NCBI GenBank assembly: GCA_965153355.1
Contig: OZ231126.1
Coordinates: 7,998,001-8,062,000 of the forward strand
DNA: 64,000 nt
DNA from: Flaccisagitta enflata
Taxonomy: Eukaryota
Direction: 5' to 3'
The notes beneath the pieces are model-generated. The model had not been told where the DNA came from. It was given only the letters and a program-made list of their open reading frames with translations, and searched no databases. Below are positions 55,531-64,000 of this stretch, one piece after another (position 1 is the first letter of the stretch; each line of letters begins with the position of its first letter). The translations under genes and the position numbers were made by a program.

Positions 55531-58004
55531 GTCTTGCTGCAATACAGATTGATGCTGTAGCGGAGTTTGTGTAAGTGATTTAAGAGGAATATGTGGGTGA
55601 TGAGACTGTCCACTCATTTGAATCTGTTAGATCGAATTCTAAAAGTTTTAGATCGAGGCTCGATCTAATCTCCTCTTGTGACCAGATTCTTCAATTCTCA
55701 TTTGTCTCTCTCCTGCATATGTGACAGATCCTTTTGTCATGTGACATGGATTGAGGATCGCGATTGCGATCTCGAGCTTGAGATTAGTTTAATTTAAAAC
55801 TAATCATCATCCAAACAACATTTTTATGAGATTTTTACATATAAATAAAGTATACACTTGGGCACATGAGCTGATTGAGTTTGACGAGATGAGATGTAGT
55901 TGAGGATGAGGATGAAAGAGAGAGGTCGGGATGAGATGTATTTTTGATTATTAAGGATGAGATTTGGTTGACTTGAAGTTATTTAACTTTTGCTTTCCTC
56001 ACTTCATTTGAATGTTGTTGTAGCAAACTTTTCTCTTTGACTTCACTCATGTTCATAAAACCCCATAGAGTGACATATCGACTGAATGCTCATGCCTACA
56101 TTAGTTCAGAGGCCGAAATCTTCCAGTGTTTGTTCTCAATAATGGACAGTTTGGCTGCTATGGCTCTGGGAAGATGTTGGAGTTGCACGTCGAGTTCGAG
56201 GGCGTCAACGGCGGAATTGAGACTATGGGAAGTTGATGCTGCTGCAACTCCTTGTCCAACTTGATGACTCTGGGTCGACTGGTTGAGGTGTAGTGGCTTG
56301 TCAAAGATGCAAAGTGCAATGGTCAAGTTTCAACAACTTTTGGTTGGGAGGACAAAATGCTTTGGGGTCGAAGCGGGCTGCATGCAGAGAGATGCTTGTA
56401 GAGATGATGTTAAATGACACTATACTCAAATTTGACGGAGATTGAGTCACTGGTGGCTGCATAGGAGTTGATTGAAACCAAATGTTCTCTGTTCTATGGG
56501 GATGATGAATCAAAAGAGAGACAGGAGAAAGAGTCAAGCATATAGGCGGCAGTCAAGGCACAACAACTTGATGACGTCAGCAAGGCAGTAGGCGGTCAAG
56601 TTGGTCAATGCCACTTTAGGTGCAGTTAGTCCACCACCTGAAGATGTTGAGTTTCAATTTTCATGATGATTCATAAAAAATTGGCTGTTTTGGAGTCGAC
56701 CAAGGTTGAAGGTGGCGGCGGTTGAGGCGCAACTACTTTTGAAGGCATCAACGAGGCACTTGGGAGTCGAGTTGGTTGATGCTGCTTGGTAGGTTGTTAA
56801 TCTACCATCTGAAGAGGTTATATCTCATGTTTTATGATGATCCCTTGAAAACTCTGTTTGACAGCGATTTTAATTGGCGTCCTAGGCGGAGGTTGTTGTG
56901 GGCGCGATCGTTGTCGTGGAAGAAGCAGTTGGGCGCAATCGTCAATGAAGAAGCAATTGAGACGTTTGGGATCATCAAGAATCATGACATTGTCCTCATC
57001 AAGAATCACAACATCTTCTTTATTGAGAATCACAACATGTTCGTTATTAAGAATCACAACATGTTCTCTATTAAGAATCACAACATCGTCCTCATTAAGA
57101 ATCATGACATCGTCCTCATTAAGAATCATGACATTGTCCTCATTAAGAATCACGATATTGTCCTCATTAAGAATCACAATATTGTCCTCATTAGAGGCCC
57201 TGCTGCAACTGTTTGTCGCTTGTGGAGGTGCTGGGGGTTGTCGTTCACGTTTGAGAGCGTTTCTTGTGACGGTTGGCCCGATGGTTGTGGTGCCTTGGAG
57301 TTGAAGCTGTAGACAAAGTGTTGGACGTCTTCAGCGATGTCACTATGGCTTTGTCGTTTCGAGGAGGTCATGGACTCGAATTCCTGATGTCACGGCCCTC
57401 GGGGTTCTCATTGATGTGTGAGAGGTTGTTGTGGCCACAAACATGCAGGAATAAAATGCAGGGAAGGGACCAAAAGTTTATTTCTGTTATAGTTGTTTGT
57501 TTTGATCTGTACCTCGGTCAGAGGGAAAGGAACGTGTTAGTTAATGTTGGTTACACTCTCTGCTTCAGCTCACCAAACTAGTGAGTGCTTTTTACCTGCA
57601 CTAAAGCCCCGCAAGGTAAATAAGGAACTTTAGTTGGTAGTTCACCATTTCGCCTTCAATCACAATCGCCATGTCCCGCGATACAGTTTGAAAAAATTCA
57701 ATATCACAAATTTAATCTTGTTTTTTTTTAGTCGCGTGCACGCGACTACAACCTGCTTTTTCCGTTCATTGGTTGGTCGGTCACATTTTACTTTTATGAT
57801 TTTATTTCTTTGACCTCACTTCAATTTGTAGGTGAATTACAATTGCAATTTTGAGACTCCTATCCAAACTGATTGACATCGAGAGTTACACATGTAGCTT
57901 AGCTACTAACGATGATAATCTAGCAAGTAGCTATATCAAATAAAAACACATCCAAAGTCGACTAGGCCCTTAGGCCAATACTTAAAGAGTCATATTTAAA
58001 ATGA

Positions 58005-58325
58005 CGTGTCTCAAGTGTGAACAATGACGTGAGTCTCAAGTGTGGACAATGATGTGAGTCTCAAGTCTGGATAATGATGTGAGTCTAAAGTGTGGACAAT
58101 GACGTGAGTCTCAAGTGTGGACAATGACATGAGTCTCAAGTGTGGACAATGACAAGAGTCTCAAGTGTGGACAATGACGTGAGTCTCAAGTGTGGACAAT
58201 GACGTGAGTCTCAAGTGTGGACAATGACGTGAGTCTCAAGTGTGGACAATGATGTGAGTCTCAAGTGTGGACAATGACGAGAGTCTCAAGTGTGGACAAT
58301 GATGTGAGTCTCAAGTGTGGACAAT
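58005..58325 (-). repeat. Inverted block of the 25-bp satellite (also starting again at about 63972)
   Basis: tgacgtgagtctcaagtgtggacaa is the reverse complement of the 25-mer at 45800-47610. Confidence 0.95.
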
Positions 58326-58577
58326 ACAAAAAGACAGATAGATGATCAAACAGAAACACAATAAACATGTTGCAGAGATTGAGGAAAAAGGCCTGTTGGA
58401 GAGCGGCCAACACTTGAGACTTTTTGGCATACGGCGATAGCCGCCATTACTGGTAAATACATCGTAAATTGGTCGCAAAATTGTCGCAAAATTGCGTCGC
58501 AAAATTGCATCGCAAATGCGTCGCAAATGCGTTGCAAATGCGTTGCAAATGCGTCAAAAAATGTGTCGCAAAATGCG

Positions 58578-61500
58578 TCGACATTGTCCTCGTTAAGAAT
58601 CACGACATTGTCCTCGTTAAGAATCACAACATTGTCCTCGTTAAGAATCACAACATTGTCCTCGTTAAGAATCACAACATTGTCCTCGTTAAGAATCACG
58701 ACACTGTCCTTGTTAAGAATCACGACATTGTCCTCGTTAAGAATCACGACTTTGTCCTTGTTAAGAATCATGACATTGTCCTCGTTAAGAATCACGATGT
58801 TGTCCCCATTAAGAATCACGACGTTGTCCCCATTAAGAATCACGACGTTGTCCCCATTAAGAATCACAACGTTGTCCCCCATTAAGAATCACAACGTTGT
58901 CCCCATTAAGAATCAAGACTTTGTCCCCATTAAGAATCAAGATGTTGTCCCCATTAAGAATCAAGACGTTGTCCCCATTAAGAATCACGACGTTGTCCCC
59001 ATTAAGAATTACGATGTTGCCCTCATTAAGAATCACGATGTTGCCCTCATTAAGAATCACAATGTTGCCCTCATTAAGAATCACAATGTTGCCCTCATTA
59101 AGAATCACGATGTTGTCCTCATTAAGAATCACGATGTTGTCCTCATTAAGAATCACAATGTTGTCCTCATTAAATATCACGACGTTGTCCTCAATTAGTA
59201 TCACAACGTTGTACCCATTAGGAATCGCGATGTTGTCCCCATTAAGAATCACGATGTTGTCCCCATTAAGAATCACGACGTTGTCCCCATCAAGAATCAC
59301 GACGTTGTCCCCATCAAGAATCACGACGTTGTCCCCATCAAGAATCACGACGTTGTCCCCATCAAGAATCACGACGTTGTCCCCATCAAGAATCAGGACG
59401 TTGTCCCCATTAAGAATCACGACGTTGTCCCCATTACGAATCACGACGTTGTCCCCATTACGAATCACGATGTTGTCCCCATTACGAATCACGACGTTGT
59501 CCTCCTTAAGAATCACGACGTTGTCCTCATTAAGAATCACGACGTTGTCCGCATTAAGAATCACGACGTTGTCCGCATTAAGAATCACGACGTTGTCCTC
59601 ATTAAGAATCACGACGTTGTCCTCATTAAGAATCACAACGTTGTCCTCATTAAGAATCACAATGTTGTCCTCATTAAGAATCACAACGTTGTCCTCATTA
59701 AGAATCACAACGTTGTCCTCATTAAGAATCACAACGTTGTCCTCATTAAGAATCACAACGTTGTCCTCATTAAGAATCACAACGTTGTCCTCATTAAGAA
59801 TCACGACGTTGTCCTCATTAAGAATCACGACGTTGTCCTCATTAAGAATCACAACGTTGTCCTCATTAAGAATCACAACGTTGTCCTCATTAAGAATCAC
59901 AACGTTGTCCTCATTAAGAATCACAACGTTGTCCTCATTAAGAATCACAACGTTGTCCTCATTAAGAATCACAACGTTGTCCTCATTAAGAATCACAACG
60001 TTGTCCTCATTAAGAATCACAACGTTGTCCTCATTAAGAATCACAACGTTGTCCTCATTAAGAATCACAATGTTGTCCTCATTAAGAATCATGACGTTGT
60101 CCTCATTAAGAATCACGACGTTGTCCTCATTAAGAATCACGACGTTGTCCTCATTAAGAATCACGATGTTGTCCTCATTAAGAATCACGACGTTGTCCTC
60201 ATTAAGAATCACGACGTTGTCCTCATTAAGAATCACGACGTTGTCCTCATTAAGAATCACATTGTTGTCCTCATTAAGAATCACAATGTTGTCCTCATTA
60301 AGAATCACAATGTTGTCCTCATTAAGAATCACAATGTTGTCCTCATTAAGAATCACAATGTTGTCCTCATTAAGAATCACAACGTTGTCCTCATTAAGAA
60401 TCACAACATTGTCCTCATTAAGAATCACGTTGTCCTCATTAAGAATCACGTTGTCCTCATTAAGAATCACGACGTTGTCCTCATTAAGAATCACGACGTT
60501 GTCCTCATTAAGAATCACAATGTTGTCCTCATTAAGAATCACGACATTGTCCTCATTAAGAATCACGACTTTGTCCTCATTAAGAATCACGACTTTGTCC
60601 TCATTAAGAATCACGACTTTGTCCTCATTAAGAATCACGACTTTGTCCTCATTAAGAATCACGACTTTGTCCTCATTAAGAATCACGACTTTGTCCTCAT
60701 TAAGAATCACGACTTTGTCCTCATTAAGAATCACGACTTTGTCCTCATTAAGAATCACGACTTTGTCCTCATTAAGAATCACGACTTTGTCCTCATTAAG
60801 AATCACGACTTTGTCCTCATTAAGAATCAAGACCTTATCCTCATTAAGAATCAAGACCTTGTCCTCATCAAGAATCACAACCTTGTCCTCATTAAAAATC
60901 AAGACCTTGTCCTCGTTAAGAATCACGACATTGTCCTTGTTAAGAATCACGATATTGTCCTCGTTAAGAATAACGACATTGTCCTCGTTAAGAATCATGA
61001 CATTTTCCTCATTAAGAATCATGACATTTTCCTCGTTAAGAATCACGACATTGTCCTCGTTAAGAATCACGACATTGTCCTTGTAAAGAATCACGACATT
61101 GTCCTCATTAAGAATCACGACATTGTCCTCATTAAGAATCACGACATTGTCCTCATTAAGAATCACAACATTGTCCTCATTAAGAATCATGACATTGTCC
61201 TCATTAAGAATCACGACATTGTCCTCATTAAGAATCACGACATTGTCCTCATTAAGAATCACGACATTGTCCTCATTAAGAATCATGACATTGTCCTCAT
61301 TAAGAATCACGACATTGTCCTCATTAAGAATCATGACATTGTCCTCATTAAGAATCACGACATTGTCCTCATTAAGAATCACGACATTGTCCTCGTTGAA
61401 TCACGACATTGTCCTCGTTAAGAATGACACATTGTCCTCATTAGAATCACAACATTGTCCTCTTAAGAATCATGACATTGTCCTCAGAGAATCACAATTG

Positions 61501-62462
61501 TCCCGTTACACATTGTCTCGTGGCAATCACTATTGTCTCAAGAATCACGACATTGTCCCCGCGTAAGAATCACGACATTCTCGTTAAGAATCACGACATT
61601 GTCCTCGTTAAGAATCACGACATTGTCCTCGTTAAGAATCACGACATTGTCCTCGTTAAGAATCACGACATTGTCCTCGTTAAGAATCACAACATTGTCC
61701 TCGTTAAGAATCACAACATTGTCCTCGTTAAGAATCACAACACTGTCCTCGTTAAGAATCACAACGTTGTCCCCGTCAAGAATCACGACGTTGTCCCCAT
61801 TAAGAATCACAACGTTGTCCTCATTAAGAATCACGACGTTGTCCTCATTAAGAATCACGATGTTGTCCTCATTGAGAATCACGATGTTGTCCTCATTAAG
61901 AATCATGATGTTGTCCTCATTAAGAATCATGATGTTGTCCTCATTAAGAATCACAACGTTGTCCTCATTAAGAATCACAACGTTGTCCTCATTGAAAATC
62001 ACGACGTTGTCCTGATTGAGAATCACGACGTTGTCCTCATTAAGAATCACGACGTTGTCCTCATTAAGAATCACGATGTTGTCCTCATTAAGAATCACGA
62101 CGTTGTCCTCATTAAGAATCACGACGTTGTCCTCATTAAGAATCACGACGTTGTCCTCATTAAGAATCACGACGTTGTCCTCATTAAGAATCACGACGTT
62201 GTCCTCATTAAGAATCACGACGTTGTCCTCATTAAGAATCACGACGTTGTCCTCATTAAGAATCACGACGTTGTCCTCATTAAGAATCACGACGTTGTCC
62301 TCATTAAGATTCACGACGTTGTCCTCATTAAGATTCACGACGTTGTCCTCATTAAGAATCATGAAGTTGTCCTCATTAAGAATCATGAAGTTGTCCTCAT
62401 TAAGAATCATGAATTTGTCCTCATTAAGAATCACGACGTTGTCCTCATTAAGAATCACGACG
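58578..62462. repeat. Main 24-bp satellite array (~3.9 kb)
   Basis: About 160 units with homogenised variant blocks. Confidence 0.97.
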
Positions 62463-62994
62463 TGACTTGAGACTCACGTCATTGTAGGACGATTACACAT
62501 TCGATGTGTAGGATGAGGGATGTTTAAGATGATTGTCATTTTAGTTTTAAACTAAATTCGAGCTCGAAATCGCGATCTTGATTCCAGGATTGTGACAATG
62601 AGATTTGTCTCATGTGGAGAGAAGAACAAAGAAGCTTGAAGGCAATCAAGGACAAGGAGATTTGTTTTAGATTTCGATGTCAGACTCTTTGGAATTCGAG
62701 TGGGAGATGATAAGAAACAGGTTGAACACGATTGAATTATGTGCAAACGATCACAGGCACTTATGTATGTAATAATCATACAGCATAGTTGAGCTACATG
62801 AGCACATGAGCGAGATCGTTGAGAATTGAGTACATTGACCATTTATTTGAGGTTGTAGAGGTCGAGTTGAGTCGTCATGCATAATTTTTCTCTTGGCTCC
62901 TTTATATGTTCTTTTAATTCGTCAGCATAAAGAGCGACAGATACATACAAAATTCAATCATCATTCAAAAGAAATATAACACAATGGAAAAGAA

Positions 62995-63026
<32 letters not shown>

Positions 63027-64000
63027 AATCATCAGTTATTCGGGATATCTTTCAATGTGACGAGCAAGATGAGTTATCACAGGGTTACGATGAGATAGAA
63101 GAGAGGCATCAAATTTTCTTTTTGACGTATCAAAGATTTCAACCAGGGACTTGAAACCAAAAGACTCGACAGTTGCTGAGATATGAGCGGCTGCATTGTG
63201 AAGTTTCTGCAACTGCCCGTCAAGTTTGAAGGCGTCTACAGCACTCGACAATGATGTCGGAGGGTGGGAGATGACAAAAACTCGAAGTAAGAATGAAGTT
63301 GTAAGTCAATCTTGGGCTTGCTGACTCGAGCCGTTTGGATTTTAACAGCTTTCAAAGATGGGTAACACAGCTGGCGCGGTACCTTCGAGTTTGGTTGCAT
63401 TGACAAGGGTGTTGGCAGCCAAGTTGGATGATGCTGGTTGAGATGCAGTTACTCTCTCTATAGGCAAGTGCACCCTCTCCTTTAATTTCACGATCATAAC
63501 TCACAAACTCCGCCGTCAGGAGACATTTAAAGTGGCGTCTTCGGCGGCGGTTGCGGCGGTCGTGATGCCATCACGTTTGGTCGCAGGGTGGGCAGGGGCA
63601 ATATTTGAGGTCACCAGATCATTTGGGCAGGAGCAGTGAGGTCAAAGAAATAGTCATAAAAAAAAGTAAAGTGTGACCGACGGACGGACCGACCAACCAA
63701 CGGACAAAGCGGGTTGTTGAGTCGCGTGCACGCGACTAAAAATTCGTTCTTGGCGCCATTTTGAGGAAAATTTGAAGCTCTTTAATTTGCTCATGGTTAT
63801 CAAGTAGCTGTGACAATTCTGAATTGCATTACTAAGAAAAACATCAAGACAAAAATTACTTATAGAAAAATGACTCAAACGAAAGATCTTTCGTAGGGCT
63901 TTACAGGCATCACCAATTTTAATCCATTTTTCTTACGTTATGGTTCAAAAGAAAGGTTTTAAAGTTTGTCCTACAATGACGTGAGTCTCAAGTCTGGATA

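Noticed and set aside
55700-55800. Polinton/adintovirus minor-capsid-like C-terminus (DxxLEFSL)
   Set aside because: Similarity is too short and degenerate to support; retained only as part of an unidentified relic.
58376-58452. Exon-like segment (ttgcag|...|gtaaat) on the plus strand
   Set aside because: Stops in all three frames, and no LRP2BP-like peptide on the minus strand.
58857-62470. Very long ORFs (841, 729 and 332 aa)
   Set aside because: Translations of a stop-free 24-bp satellite, open on both strands; no evidence of coding.

Overview
Repeat-rich animal (probably invertebrate) genomic DNA with spliceosomal introns. Three host genes are visible. (1) HMG-CoA reductase on the minus strand: 11 phase-consistent coding exons at 28219-10900 (852 codons), with the C-terminal exons beyond the left edge. 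(2) A plus-strand, low-complexity orphan protein gene of about 1,000 aa (33142-36306). (3) The last three exons of an LRP2BP-like SEL1-repeat gene on the minus strand (37472-39008). The rest is satellites, microsatellites, nested non-autonomous DNA transposons, Helentron-like short elements, a 5'-truncated LINE and one apparently intact 5.5-kb DIRS1-type tyrosine-recombinase retrotransposon (48672-54175). The DIRS element is the most interesting object. Its internal complementary region (ICR) lies near the 5' end, inside a predicted in-frame intron of gag, rather than at the usual 3' position. Gag and RT are in one frame separated by a single UGA-CAA, and the recombinase ORF starts in an AUGA overlap with that stop. 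The element is inserted at a GAAT core next to a hairpin where two satellites meet. All family assignments come from my recognition of motifs by eye, not from database searches; exon boundaries were read by hand.
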